Made by a program: the position numbers and the translations under genes. The notes under the pieces were generated by a model. That model was not told where the DNA came from. It saw only the letters and a list, made by a program, of their open reading frames with translations, and searched no databases. DNA of 60,475 nucleotides, from positions 1 to 60,475 of the forward strand of contig CANQJK010000002.1 in the NCBI GenBank assembly GCA_947624235.1, read 5' to 3'. This document shows positions 19,169 through 28,997 of this stretch, piece by piece. Origin of the DNA: an uncultured Clostridia bacterium (GTDB lineage: Bacteria > Bacillota > Clostridia > Christensenellales > CAG-314). Numbering within the stretch: position 1 is the stretch's first letter; each line of letters begins with the position of its first letter.

Positions 19169-19429
19169 ATGGCAGTAAAAATGAGATTGACAAGAATGGG
19201 TGACAAAAAGAGTCCTTTCTACCGCGTGGTAGTTATCGATTCTCACAAGGCTCGCGACGGACAGTACGTTGACCTTATCGGCACCTACAATCCTTTGACA
19301 GAGGAAGTTCGCATTGACGCGGAAAAGGCAAGAAAATGGGTTTCCTGCGGTGTGCAACCTACCGAAACAGTCCGCACTCTTCTCGTTCGCGAAAACATTC
19401 TCGAGCCTCGCAAACCGCACAAGGCGTAG
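19169..19429 (+). CDS. rpsP: 30S ribosomal protein S16
   Basis: '[22 protein letters not shown]', with a ggagg RBS. Confidence 0.95.
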   Translation: MAVKMRLTRMGDKKSPFYRVVVIDSHKARDGQYVDLIGTYNPLTEEVRIDAEKARKWVSCGVQPTETVRTLLVRENILEPRKPHKA

Positions 19430-19441
19430 TGTGAGGTTGAC

Positions 19442-19672
19442 ATGGTAGAGCTTGTAACCTATATCGTCGAACAGCTTGTGGACGACAAATCAGCTATAAA
19501 TATCACCTCGGAAGAGGCGGACGGCGTGGAAACGGTGACTATTCGCGTTGCAGAGGATGATATCGGCAAGGTGATAGGCAAGCAGGGCAAGATAGCTATG
19601 GCGATCCGCACGCTTGCAAAGGCTGTCGGCATAAGAAATGGCAAAAGATATAACATCGAGATAGAAGACTGA
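19442..19672 (+). CDS. ylqC: KH-domain RNA-binding protein (YlqC/UPF0109)
   Basis: 'DDIGKVIGKQGKIAMAIRTL' contains the GXXG KH motif. Conserved between rpsP and rimM. Confidence 0.85.
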   Translation: MVELVTYIVEQLVDDKSAINITSEEADGVETVTIRVAEDDIGKVIGKQGKIAMAIRTLAKAVGIRNGKRYNIEIED

Positions 19673-19712
19673 CGCTTTGCCACAATTTTGTGTTGTGGCA
19701 AATTTTTTTGTT

Positions 19713-20213
19713 ATGAAATTGGAAGTAGGCAAGGTGCTTAAAGCACAGGGCATAAAAGGCGAGATAAAACTGCAATGTTATCTTGACGATTCCGCAATGC
19801 TTGCGGACATAAAGGAACTGTACATCGGTTCGGTATCGTATGCCGTGGAAAAAATTCGTCCCGACGGCGCCTTTTGCTATGTGCTTTTGAGGGGAATATC
19901 GGACAGAAATTTAGCCGAGGCAATGAGAAACAAAACTGTTTTCGCCGACAGGGACTGCATCGACATACCGAAAGACAGGTATTTTATTGCCGATCTGATC
20001 GATTGCAAGGCGGTGTTGGACGACGGCAGAGAGGTGGGGATTGTCCGCGAAGTGCTTCAATACGGCTCGGCAGATGTGTTTGTGTGCAACGACGGCGCAC
20101 GCGAGGTATCATTTCCCTTCCTCAACGATCTGGTTGTAAAAGTGGACACGGGAAAAAAAGTGTTGATATTGAATTCGCGAAGATTCGAAGAGGTGGCTGT
20201 TTATGAAAATTGA
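19713..20213 (+). CDS. rimM: Ribosome maturation factor RimM
   Basis: 'VGKVLKAQGIKGEIKL' (the GxKGE motif), a PRC barrel C-terminus, and synteny with trmD. Confidence 0.9.
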   Translation: MKLEVGKVLKAQGIKGEIKLQCYLDDSAMLADIKELYIGSVSYAVEKIRPDGAFCYVLLRGISDRNLAEAMRNKTVFADRDCIDIPKDRYFIADLIDCKAVLDDGREVGIVREVLQYGSADVFVCNDGAREVSFPFLNDLVVKVDTGKKVLILNSRRFEEVAVYEN

Positions 20214-20877
20214 CGTATTGACGTTATTTCCCGAAATGTTGGATTCGCTCAACAGCTCGCTTACTGGCAAGGCGCGTGAAAAGGGACTTTACGAGTTGTA
20301 TTGTCACAATATTCGCGACTATTCAAAGGACAGGCACAAAAAGTGCGATGACGCTCCGTTTGGCGGTGGCGCGGGCATGGTGATGATGCCTCAACCGATA
20401 CATGACTGCATACAAGCTGTCGATCCCGATCATACAGCTATCAGGATATACATGTCTCCTCGGGGCAAGGTGCTAAATCAGGCACTTGTGAAAGAGCTTT
20501 CCTCGAAACAACATCTGTTAATTTTGTGCGGACACTACGAGGGCGTGGATCAGCGCGTGTTGGATCTCGATATCGATTTAGAACTGTCTATCGGCGACTA
20601 TGTGCTCAGCGGAGGAGAAATTCCCGCAATGGTGCTTATAGACAGCGTGTTGCGATACGTTCCCGATGTGTTGGGAAACAGCGAATCGACGGTGGACGAA
20701 TCCTTTTCGCAACCGTTGTTGGAATATCCGCAATACACTCGTCCGCAGGAGTTTTTGGGAATGAGTGTGCCAGAGGTTCTTGTTAGCGGAAACCATGCCA
20801 ATATCGACAAGTGGCGCAGAGAACAGTCGTTGATTATCACGCAAAAAGTTCGTCCCGATTTGTTGGAGGAAAAATGA
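20203..20877 (+). CDS. trmD: tRNA (guanine37-N1)-methyltransferase
   Basis: 'DVLTLFPEM', 'DDAPFGGGAGMVMMPQPI', 'LLILCGHYEGVDQRV', 'SIGDYVLSGGE'. Confidence 0.95.
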   Translation: MKIDVLTLFPEMLDSLNSSLTGKAREKGLYELYCHNIRDYSKDRHKKCDDAPFGGGAGMVMMPQPIHDCIQAVDPDHTAIRIYMSPRGKVLNQALVKELSSKQHLLILCGHYEGVDQRVLDLDIDLELSIGDYVLSGGEIPAMVLIDSVLRYVPDVLGNSESTVDESFSQPLLEYPQYTRPQEFLGMSVPEVLVSGNHANIDKWRREQSLIITQKVRPDLLEEK

Positions 20878-21722
20878 ATATCCAGTGGTTTCCGGGGCAC
20901 ATGACAAAGGCGTTGCGCATGATGGAGCAAAACGTAAAGATCGTTGACGCAATAGGCTATGTGCTTGACGCTCGCGCGCCGTATTGTTGCTTTAATCCCA
21001 ATTTTGACAAGATAGTTGGTTGTAAACCGTGTGTTTTTATACTTAACAAGTGCGACCTTGCGGATCCGCAAAAGGTGGATCTTTGGTGCAAGTATTTCAG
21101 TAACAGATCTTTGAACTGCGTAAAGATAACGGCAACGGCTTCGGCAGACGCACCCAAGATAGTCAAAGCATTGGCTGATTCGACAGAGCCGTTGAGGCGG
21201 AAATATTTGTCGAAAGGAGTGTACAAGCCGATAAGATGTCTTATCATAGGCGTGCCTAATTGCGGAAAAAGTACTTTGATCAATTGCATTTCGGGCAAAA
21301 AGACGCTTATAACAGGCGACAAACCGGGCGTTACCAAGGGAAAACAATGGGTAAGGTTGCAATCGGGTTTGGAGCTTTTGGACACGCCCGGCACCTTGTG
21401 GCCGAAGTTCGACGACGAAACCGTTGCTTCGCGCCTTTGCTTCATCGGCAGTATCAAGGATGACGTCGTAGACATGTACGAAGTGGCAAATATGTTGCTG
21501 GAACAACTTTCGCAACTTTATCCCGCTTTGTTGGAACAACGATACAAATTGCAATGCGTTGGGCGTAAAGCTACGGAAATATTCGAGGAAATTGCTTTGA
21601 AACGCGGTTTTTTGCTTCGTGGCGGAGAACTTGACGTCGAGCGTTGCGCAAAAGCCATTTTGGACGACTTCCGTAAAGGCAAGATAGGGCGCATAACCTT
21701 TGATGTCCCCGCGGACAATTAA
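20874..21722 (+). CDS. rbgA: Ribosome biogenesis GTPase A (YlqF)
   Basis: 'IQWFPGHMTKA', circularly permuted G motifs 'LNKCDL', 'GVPNCGKSTLIN' and 'LDTPG'. ATGA overlap with trmD. Confidence 0.92.
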   Translation: MNIQWFPGHMTKALRMMEQNVKIVDAIGYVLDARAPYCCFNPNFDKIVGCKPCVFILNKCDLADPQKVDLWCKYFSNRSLNCVKITATASADAPKIVKALADSTEPLRRKYLSKGVYKPIRCLIIGVPNCGKSTLINCISGKKTLITGDKPGVTKGKQWVRLQSGLELLDTPGTLWPKFDDETVASRLCFIGSIKDDVVDMYEVANMLLEQLSQLYPALLEQRYKLQCVGRKATEIFEEIALKRGFLLRGGELDVERCAKAILDDFRKGKIGRITFDVPADN

Positions 21723-21752
21723 AATTTTTAGCATTAAATGAGTTAAAATACT

Positions 21753-22349
21753 ATGACGGATATGTTGGAATACGAAAGAGATCTTCAAGCGCGAGGGATA
21801 AAGTTTATCGGCGGAATAGACGAGGCGGGCAGGGGACCGCTTGCAGGTCCCGTGGTGGTTGCGGGGGTTGTGATGCCTATCGACGATATCATAGAGGGCG
21901 TAAACGACAGTAAAAAGCTTTCCGCAAAAAAACGCGAATTGCTTTTTGACAAAATCATGGCAAAGGCAATACGAGTCCACGTTGCGGTGATTGATAACGA
22001 AACGATCGACCGTATAAATATCCTCAACGCGACAAAAAACGGTATGCTCGAATGTATTGACGAATTGAAAACCGAAACGGTGTTGATAGACGCCGTCAAG
22101 TTGAATTCGGCTACGCCTACCGTGTCTATAATACACGGAGACGCTCTCAGTTACAGTATAGCGTCGGCAAGTATTGTCGCCAAGGTGACGAGAGACAGGA
22201 TAATGTCGGAAATGGACAAAATATATCCGCAATATAACTTTGCAAAACACAAAGGATACGGCACGGCGGAACACATCAGGTTGCTGAAACAATTCGGTCC
22301 GTGTCCCATTCATCGAAAAACATTTATCGGTCATTTTGTAGACGTATGA
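21753..22349 (+). CDS. rnhB: Ribonuclease HII
   Basis: 'GIDEAGRGPLAGPVV', 'DSKKLS', 'IVAKVTRD', 'GYGT'. Confidence 0.93.
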   Translation: MTDMLEYERDLQARGIKFIGGIDEAGRGPLAGPVVVAGVVMPIDDIIEGVNDSKKLSAKKRELLFDKIMAKAIRVHVAVIDNETIDRINILNATKNGMLECIDELKTETVLIDAVKLNSATPTVSIIHGDALSYSIASASIVAKVTRDRIMSEMDKIYPQYNFAKHKGYGTAEHIRLLKQFGPCPIHRKTFIGHFVDV

Positions 22350-22690
22350 ATACGAAAATAGTGGGACGGCACGGCGAGGATGTTGCATCAAAATACCTTG
22401 TTGCAAAAAAATATAAAATTCTCGATCGCAATTTTTCCTGCCGTTTTGGCGAAATAGACATAATAGCTTTGGACAGATCGTGTACTGTTTTTGTGGAGGT
22501 CAAAGCGCGACGGAATACGAAATTCGGTTTTCCGCGCGAAGCGGTAGATTGGCGAAAACAACAGACTATCGCCAAATGTGCCGAATATTGGCTTTACAAA
22601 AATAAGCAAAACGGTGTGCCCGTTCGTTTCGACGTCATTGAAATTATCGGTGATAGCGTAACGCACATAATTGACGCTTTTCGTCCATAG
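22346..22690 (+). CDS. yraN: YraN family (UPF0102) endonuclease-like protein
   Basis: 'GEDVASKYLVAKKYKILDRNF', 'GEIDIIA', 'FVEVKAR'. ATGA overlap with rnhB. Confidence 0.85.
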   Translation: MNTKIVGRHGEDVASKYLVAKKYKILDRNFSCRFGEIDIIALDRSCTVFVEVKARRNTKFGFPREAVDWRKQQTIAKCAEYWLYKNKQNGVPVRFDVIEIIGDSVTHIIDAFRP

Positions 22691-22805
22691 GATAGTCAAA
22701 ATCGGCTCATTATATCGATTTTTGCGCTTTTATAAAGTACTATGTCTGTGATAGTATGTTCAAATATGGCAAGAACCACAATTTTTGAGGAGACTATGTC
22801 ATAAG

Positions 22806-22866
22806 TTTGGCAAAGTGTGAAATTGCAAAACATAATCATGAGCAATTTTGTGAAAGTAGAATTTTG
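22806..22866 (+). repeat. Degenerate family-B repeat fragment upstream of rplS
   Basis: 'tttggcaaagtgtgaaattgc..aaacataatcatgag..aattttgtgaaagta' compared with the B consensus 'tttggctctgtgtcaaatgttg..caacatataattgag' and with the 23.6-kb copy 'aattttgtagtgaaagta'. Confidence 0.3.
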
Positions 22867-22961
22867 CCTGTTCCGAAAGAGTAGATCACCGTAGTGTTCA
22901 CGGAAAATAGTTTTGCAAGTTCGTCATAACAAAAAGTATAAAACAAGTTTTGCTCAAACAG

Positions 22962-22990
22962 TTGCGTAAAACGTATTTTTATGTTAATAT
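22962..22990 (+). promoter_or_regulatory. Sigma-A-type promoter for rplS
   Basis: TTGCGT(22962-22967), 17 nt, TAATAT(22985-22990). This leaves a leader of about 75 nt containing the direct repeat tgacttcggg/tgacttgggt. Confidence 0.45.
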
Positions 22991-23072
22991 AGACAAGTGA
23001 CTTCGGGCGGTCCTCTGACTTGGGTAAGTGCATGAACGCTTAGTTAACAATAAATTTTGGAGGAAAAGTCAA

Positions 23073-23411
23073 ATGGACATCATCAAGCAAATCGAGTCGG
23101 AATCTTTGAGAGAAGTGACGAAGTTCAACGTGGGAGACACGGTGCGCGTCAACTTCAAAGTCATCGAAGGTAACAAGGAGAGAATTCAGGCTTACGAAGG
23201 CATTGTAATTGCTCGTAAACACGGCGGTCTCCGCGAAACATTTACCGTGAGACGTATATCCAGCGGTATCGGCGTGGAAAGAACGTTCCCTGTGCACAGC
23301 CCCAAGATCGAAAGCATTTCAGTTGTTCGTCAGGGCGACGTCAGACGTGCAAAGCTTTACTATCTCCGCAACCGCACCGGCAAGGCTGCAAAAGTTAAGT
23401 CGAGTAGGTAA
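23073..23411 (+). CDS. rplS: 50S ribosomal protein L19
   Basis: '[32 protein letters not shown]', 'RRAKLYYLR'. ggagg RBS. Confidence 0.95.
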   Translation: MDIIKQIESESLREVTKFNVGDTVRVNFKVIEGNKERIQAYEGIVIARKHGGLRETFTVRRISSGIGVERTFPVHSPKIESISVVRQGDVRRAKLYYLRNRTGKAAKVKSSR

Positions 23412-23426
23412 CACTCCAACAAATTT

Positions 23427-23455
23427 AGCGACTGTTAAGTCGCTTTTTGTTTTTC
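23427..23455 (+). terminator. Intrinsic terminator after rplS
   Basis: agcgact(23427-23433), loop gtta, agtcgct(23438-23444), then tttttgttttt. Confidence 0.75.
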
Positions 23456-23579
23456 AGACTTTTCGATGTATCGTGTAAAAACTTGAAGAAAACAGTATAT
23501 CGCTTATTATGTGTTCGGCGCGGTCGGATATTTACTTTTGATAATGCCGTGTATATTGAACTCAAACAGGGTAAATAAA

Positions 23580-23734
23580 GACTCTATGTCAAATTTTGTA
23601 GTGAAAGTACCAACATAAAAGGCTCTATAAGATGAGGCGTAAGTAATTTCTCCAACATATAATTGAGTTAGCCCCCTCGTTTGCAGTACTGCCACCGAGA
23701 GAGGTCTTCTTTTACCCGCATGCAAGCAGTATTT
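23580..23734 (+). repeat. Family-B repeat: a 5' half-unit (23580-23620) followed by a full but partly decayed unit (23621-23734)
   Basis: 'gactctatgtcaaattttg..' then 'ggctctat..ccaacatataattgagtta..ctcg..gcagtactgccaccgagagagg.cttcttttacccgcatgcaagcagtattt'. It is collinear with 60097-60224. Confidence 0.85.
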
Positions 23735-24109
23735 ATTTTCTGAATTTTTCGAGGTTCCTCGCGCGTATGTAACTGTTGCATTTAATGTTTGTCTACGATA
23801 TTTGATTGCCGTTACATATAACGGGGTGATTTACTCGTTTTGCAAGGCTAAATTCTTGTATTCAGTGGCGCTTTTTTGATAATTGAAATTTGCCAAGCCT
23901 TTGTCATGGTTTTTATCGTCGAAACATCGATTTGGTGTATTCTTCAAAATAAATTTGCTTCGGCGTCAAATGATTGCGACGCAATATGTATTGCCGACAA
24001 GCAGGGTGTATTATAAGTAAAATTTTTGTATTTGCAAACTTTCCGCAATTTTTTAGAGGATTTATATTATATTTTGTAGTTAAGAGTATATTATTTACCC
24101 AAAAAATTC

Positions 24110-24138
24110 TTGCTAAATTTCAAATAGGAAGTTATACT
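24110..24138 (+). promoter_or_regulatory. Candidate promoter for comM-dprA-topA
   Basis: TTGCTA(24110-24115), 17 nt, TATACT(24133-24138). Confidence 0.4.
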
Positions 24139-24159
24139 ATATTTTAGATTACTTACACA

Positions 24160-25695
24160 ATGGAGAAATCTATGCTTGCATTGATAAAAAGCTTTGGATT
24201 GAAAGGATTGGAAGGATTTCCCGTTCAGGCGGAGATCGACATGCATTCGGGAATGCCGTCATACGACATTGTAGGACTGGCAGATACGGCGGTAAAGGAA
24301 TCCAAGGAACGTGTGCGTTCTGCGATGAAAAACAGCGGTTATCGTTACCCGGTAGCGACGATCGTCGTTAATCTTGCTCCTGCCGACATCAAAAAGGAGG
24401 GGAGCTTGTACGATCTTCCCATAGCGGTGGGCATGTTGGTCGCAAGCAATCAAATTCCTTACGAATCTATCAAAAAGCCCGTCATTCTCGGAGAGTTGTC
24501 GTTGAACGGCGAAGTTCGAAAGGTAAACGGTATCCTTCCCATGATCATAACGGCGGTGCAACAGGGCGAGACAGATTTTGTCATTCCCAAGGAAAATGCC
24601 GACGAAACGGTGTTTATCGAGGGCGCCCGCATTTATCCCGTGGAAAATCTGCGTCAGGCGGTGGAGTTTTTGACAAATCAAACGGAAATCGAACCGCTTG
24701 TCATCCGCAGTTGGAAAAACGATCTCGAATACAAGCATAGCGATAACGATTTCAAATATATCAAGGGGCAGTATGCCGCCAAGCGCGCAATGGAGATAGC
24801 CGTAGCGGGCGGACACAATATCATAATGATAGGTCCTCCCGGAGCGGGCAAAACCATGCTCGCGCGCGCTGTCCCCTCCATAATGCCCAATCTTTCTTTT
24901 GAAGAGGCGCTCGAAGTCGCAAAAATACACAGCGTTTCGGGACAATTGGACGGGTTTATATATGAGCGTCCTTTCCGAACTCCTCATCACTCGGCGACAA
25001 TGGTGGCTTTGACGGGTGGCGGCAATAGGGCGCGACCGGGAGAAATAAGCCTTGCGCACAACGGAGTGCTGTTTTTGGATGAGTTGCCCGAATACAACAG
25101 GCAAACGTTGGAAACGTTGCGTCAACCGTTGGAAGACGGGGTGATCACGGTGGCGAGAAATGCCGTTTCCGTAACGTATCCCGCCGATTTTATGCTCATT
25201 GCCAGCATGAACCCTTGTCCCTGCGGAAACTACGGAAGCGCAACGGCAGAGTGCAAATGCACTGCATCGCAAATTCACAGATATCTCAACAAACTTTCGG
25301 GACCGCTTTTGGATAGGATAGATATACACATAGAAGTGGATAACGTCACTTACGATCAGTTGCAGGAAGACGATCTTGCCGAACCGTCCTCTGCCGTGCG
25401 CGAGCGCGTCAACAAAGCAAGAGAAATTCAATCTGCGCGTTTGTCTCCCGTCGGGCGCAGATGTAACGCTCAAATGACTCCCGCAGATATCAAAAAATAC
25501 TGCAAATTGGACAAACAAAGCGCAAGCTTGTTGGAGGACTCCTTTGAAAAGCTCAATTTGACGGCGCGTGCGTACAATCGCGTGCTCAAAGTGGCTCGTA
25601 CCATTGCCGATTTGGACGGCGCGGAAAACATCTCCGTCAAACATGTTGCCGAATCACTGCAATACAGAATGTTAGATAGAAAATACAGGGTTTAG
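24160..25695 (+). CDS. comM: Mg-chelatase-like AAA+ ATPase ComM/YifB
   Basis: 511 aa. Lon-protease-like N-domain, Walker A 'GPPGAGKTMLARAVPSI', Walker B 'VLFLDELPEY', and 'LSGPLLDRIDI'. Confidence 0.9.
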   Translation: MEKSMLALIKSFGLKGLEGFPVQAEIDMHSGMPSYDIVGLADTAVKESKERVRSAMKNSGYRYPVATIVVNLAPADIKKEGSLYDLPIAVGMLVASNQIPYESIKKPVILGELSLNGEVRKVNGILPMIITAVQQGETDFVIPKENADETVFIEGARIYPVENLRQAVEFLTNQTEIEPLVIRSWKNDLEYKHSDNDFKYIKGQYAAKRAMEIAVAGGHNIIMIGPPGAGKTMLARAVPSIMPNLSFEEALEVAKIHSVSGQLDGFIYERPFRTPHHSATMVALTGGGNRARPGEISLAHNGVLFLDELPEYNRQTLETLRQPLEDGVITVARNAVSVTYPADFMLIASMNPCPCGNYGSATAECKCTASQIHRYLNKLSGPLLDRIDIHIEVDNVTYDQLQEDDLAEPSSAVRERVNKAREIQSARLSPVGRRCNAQMTPADIKKYCKLDKQSASLLEDSFEKLNLTARAYNRVLKVARTIADLDGAENISVKHVAESLQYRMLDRKYRV

Positions 25696-26784
25696 ATGTA
25701 CAGTTTAGAGGAAAAAATCTGCATTGTTTGCGGAGAAAACGAAATAACGTCTGCCAAATTTTTTCAGCTTTGGGATATGTTTGACGGCGCGGAAGCATTT
25801 GTTTCGGAAATAGGCAAAAGCTTGCCTGCGGAACAGTTGCTCGGCAACAATTTGGACAGTTTGACGCAAAGCCTCAAAAGCAGTCAAATTGACAGAATTG
25901 TCGAAAAGATCTCCGCTAACGGCATTACGGCTGTCACTTGGTTTTCGTCCGATTATCCGCAAACGTTGCGCAACATAGACGAACCGCCGTACATTCTGTT
26001 TTGTCTTGGCGACACAAAACTGTTGTCAACAGAGTGTTTGTCCATTATCGGCACACGCAAAGTCTCCTCGTACGGCAGGCGTATAACAAAGGATTTTACC
26101 GCCGTATTGAGCGAGTATTTTACCATAGTCAGCGGTCTTGCGTATGGCGTGGACAGTATTGCGCACGAAACCACGTTGGAGAAAAAAGGCAAAACAATTG
26201 CCGTGTTAGGTAGTGGCGTGCTCAATGTTTATCCTTCCGCTAATCAGGGTTTGGCAGACAGGATAGTGCAAAACGACGGACTTGTGATCTCGGAATACAG
26301 CGTGAGATCTTCCCCTTATCCCTATCATTTTCCGCATCGCAACCGCATTGTTTCGGGGTTGAGCAACGGAGTATTGGTGTGTCAAGCTCCCGCTAAAAGC
26401 GGTACTAATTCTACGGTGGACTTGGCGTTGGACCAGGGCAAAGACATATTTGTTGTCCCGGGAGAAATTTATGACAGCGGTTTTGCGGGAAGCAATCATT
26501 TGATAAAAAGCGTTCAGGGCGCTTGCGTCACTACGCCGAGAGATATTTTGGAATATTATCATATAAACGCCCGCGAAATAGCACAGCAGAGTTATCAAAT
26601 GAGTATCGAGGAACAAGCCATAGTAAACGCCCTGTCGATAGGACCGTTGACTTTTGACGAATTGGTACTAAAAACGGGAATATCTCCCGCGGACCTGAAT
26701 TTTCTGTTGGCAAAATTGGAATTAAGGAGTATAATTGCAAAGTTGGCAGGCAACAGCTACCGACTTTATGGAGGAATTAAATGA
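25696..26784 (+). CDS. dprA: DNA processing protein DprA
   Basis: 'IGTRKVSSYGRR', 'SGLAYGVDSIAHE', 'FPHRNRIVSGLS', and a C-terminal winged-helix-like tail. Confidence 0.9.
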   Translation: MYSLEEKICIVCGENEITSAKFFQLWDMFDGAEAFVSEIGKSLPAEQLLGNNLDSLTQSLKSSQIDRIVEKISANGITAVTWFSSDYPQTLRNIDEPPYILFCLGDTKLLSTECLSIIGTRKVSSYGRRITKDFTAVLSEYFTIVSGLAYGVDSIAHETTLEKKGKTIAVLGSGVLNVYPSANQGLADRIVQNDGLVISEYSVRSSPYPYHFPHRNRIVSGLSNGVLVCQAPAKSGTNSTVDLALDQGKDIFVVPGEIYDSGFAGSNHLIKSVQGACVTTPRDILEYYHINAREIAQQSYQMSIEEQAIVNALSIGPLTFDELVLKTGISPADLNFLLAKLELRSIIAKLAGNSYRLYGGIK

Positions 26785-28997
26785 AACTTGTTATTGTCGA
26801 ATCACCGGCAAAGGCAAAAACGATCGGAAAATATCTCGGAGCAGATTACAAAGTAGACGCATCTAAGGGACACATCTGGGACTTGCCCGATAAATCCATG
26901 GGCATAGATTTCAAAAACAATTACGAACCTTCTTTGGAAGCTCGCAAACCTGAGCAAAAAGAAATAATAGAGCGACTCAAAAAGGAAGTCGCCAAGGCGG
27001 AAAAAGTTTATCTCGCAACCGACCCCGATCGCGAGGGAGAAGCCATTTCCTATCATTTACAGTGCGCTCTCGGTTTGGATCCAAACGAAAAAAATCGAAT
27101 CATGTTCAACGAGATATCCCGAAAGGCAGTGAACACGGCTATTCAGCATCCGTCTCTTATCAACAAAGGGTTGGTGGACGCTCAACAGGCGCGTCGCGTC
27201 CTCGATCGTTTGGTCGGTTACACCTTGTCGCCCGTGTTGTGCAAAAAGATCACAAACAAGCTTTCGGCAGGACGCGTTCAGTCGGCCGCGCTTCGCATAA
27301 TCGTCGATCGCGAAAAGGAGATACAAAAGTTCAAGCCTGAGGAATTTTGGCATGTGTCGGCGATCTTGGAAAAGCCCAAAGTCAAACCTCAATTCAAGGC
27401 GACGTTGACGGCAAAAAACGGCAAAAAGCTTACGCTTAAAAACGAGGAGCAGTGCAACGAGGTTTTGCAAAGCTTAAACGGCGAGTACATTGTGTCGTCG
27501 GTAAAAAAATCCGTCACGCAAACCAGACCGCAACCGCCCTTTACAACCAGTACAATGCAACAGGACGCCGTCAACAAGCTTCGTATGTCCAGCAATGCGG
27601 TAATGACCGTTGCGCAACAATTGTACGAGGGTTTCGACATTCCGGGCATGGGACATGTGGCGTTGGTCACATATATCCGTACCGACTCCGTTCGCGTATC
27701 CACAGACGCTGTTACGGCGGCGCGCGAACGTATTGCGAAGGTTTACGGCAAGGAATATCTTCCTTCAAAGCCCGTGTTTTATGCGACAAAAAAGCAAGCG
27801 CAGGATGCACACGAGGCTATAAGGCCCATCAATATCGAACTTACGCCCGAATCGATAAAGGACAAGGTGCAAAGAAATCAATATTTGCTGTACAAATTGA
27901 TCTATGAGCGTTTTCTTGCCAGTCAAGCGGTCCCCGCCAGTTATGACAGCGTCGCCGTGGAAGTAGAATGTGGCGAATACAAGTTGAGCGCAACGGGTAA
28001 AACGCTCAAATTCGACGGTTTTTTGGCAATTTACGGCGAAAGCAGGTCGAAAAAAGAGGACGAAGAGGAAAACGCACGCTTGCCCAAGTTGGAAGTGGGA
28101 GACAAATTGAAACTTATCCAACTCAACCACGAACAGCGTTTTACAAAAGCGCCCGCGCGCTACACAGAGGCGAGCATTATCAAGGCAATGGAGGAAATGG
28201 GCATCGGACGTCCAAGCACTTATGCTACGATAATGCAAACGTTGTACAAGCGAGACTATGTCAACAAGGATGGCAAGGCGCTTGTGCCCAGCAATTTGGG
28301 AATACAGGTAACGGAATATCTTGAACAGTATTTCAGCGAAGTGGTCAACATCAAGTTCACTGCGGAAATGGAGGACAGATTGGACGCCATTGAAACTAAC
28401 GGCGAGCCTTGGTACAACGTTGTAGATAGTTTTTACAAGCCCATGTTAAAGGAAGTGGAGGTCGCCATGCACGGTCGCAAAGTTGCGGTACAGGATGAAG
28501 AGTCCGACGTCATTTGCGAAAAGTGCGGTTCTCCAATGGTGATAAGAATGGGCAAATACGGCAAATATCTCGCATGTAGCAACTATCCCGCATGTTCCAA
28601 TATCAAGAGTCTTAAAGAGAAAACTCCTCCCAAAGAAACGGATATCGTGTGCGAATTGTGCGGTGCAAAAATGTTGGAACGTCAGGGCAGGTACGGCAAA
28701 TATTTGTCTTGTAGCAATTATCCTGCATGTCACAACACAAAACCGCTTGTGGAAACGGTTGCCAAATGTCCCAAGTGTGGCAAGGACGTGACCAAGCGTA
28801 TATCCAAACGCGGAGTGGTTTTTTACGGATGTTCGGGCTATCCAAATTGCGACTTTATTTCCTGGGATATTCCCACGGGAGACAAATGCCCCGATTGCGG
28901 TGCATATCTGGTATATAAAACCATTAGAGGCAAAAAGTATATTCGTTGTTCCAACAAAGAATGTAAATACAGTGGCGGTGAAGTGAGTGAAAGTTAA
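26781..28997 (+). CDS. topA: DNA topoisomerase I
   Basis: TOPRIM 'LVIVESPAKAKTI' and 'ATDPDREGEAISYH', active-site Tyr block 'LVTYIRTDS', and four C-terminal CxxC...CxxC zinc ribbons. Confidence 0.95.
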   Translation: MKLVIVESPAKAKTIGKYLGADYKVDASKGHIWDLPDKSMGIDFKNNYEPSLEARKPEQKEIIERLKKEVAKAEKVYLATDPDREGEAISYHLQCALGLDPNEKNRIMFNEISRKAVNTAIQHPSLINKGLVDAQQARRVLDRLVGYTLSPVLCKKITNKLSAGRVQSAALRIIVDREKEIQKFKPEEFWHVSAILEKPKVKPQFKATLTAKNGKKLTLKNEEQCNEVLQSLNGEYIVSSVKKSVTQTRPQPPFTTSTMQQDAVNKLRMSSNAVMTVAQQLYEGFDIPGMGHVALVTYIRTDSVRVSTDAVTAARERIAKVYGKEYLPSKPVFYATKKQAQDAHEAIRPINIELTPESIKDKVQRNQYLLYKLIYERFLASQAVPASYDSVAVEVECGEYKLSATGKTLKFDGFLAIYGESRSKKEDEEENARLPKLEVGDKLKLIQLNHEQRFTKAPARYTEASIIKAMEEMGIGRPSTYATIMQTLYKRDYVNKDGKALVPSNLGIQVTEYLEQYFSEVVNIKFTAEMEDRLDAIETNGEPWYNVVDSFYKPMLKEVEVAMHGRKVAVQDEESDVICEKCGSPMVIRMGKYGKYLACSNYPACSNIKSLKEKTPPKETDIVCELCGAKMLERQGRYGKYLSCSNYPACHNTKPLVETVAKCPKCGKDVTKRISKRGVVFYGCSGYPNCDFISWDIPTGDKCPDCGAYLVYKTIRGKKYIRCSNKECKYSGGEVSES

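Noticed and set aside
23507-23725. A minus-strand 72-aa ORF whose peptide ('HAG..LS..LTQLYV.E..FDIE') resembles the N-terminal part of the minus-strand ORF 59762-60289. This could suggest a repeated small-protein gene.
   Set aside because: The similarity is a by-product of the family-B nucleotide repeat. Copies differ by indels that are not multiples of 3. The ORF at 59762-60289 is mostly an efp shadow ORF. There is no RBS, and the conserved hairpin with compensatory changes points to a nucleic-acid-level feature.
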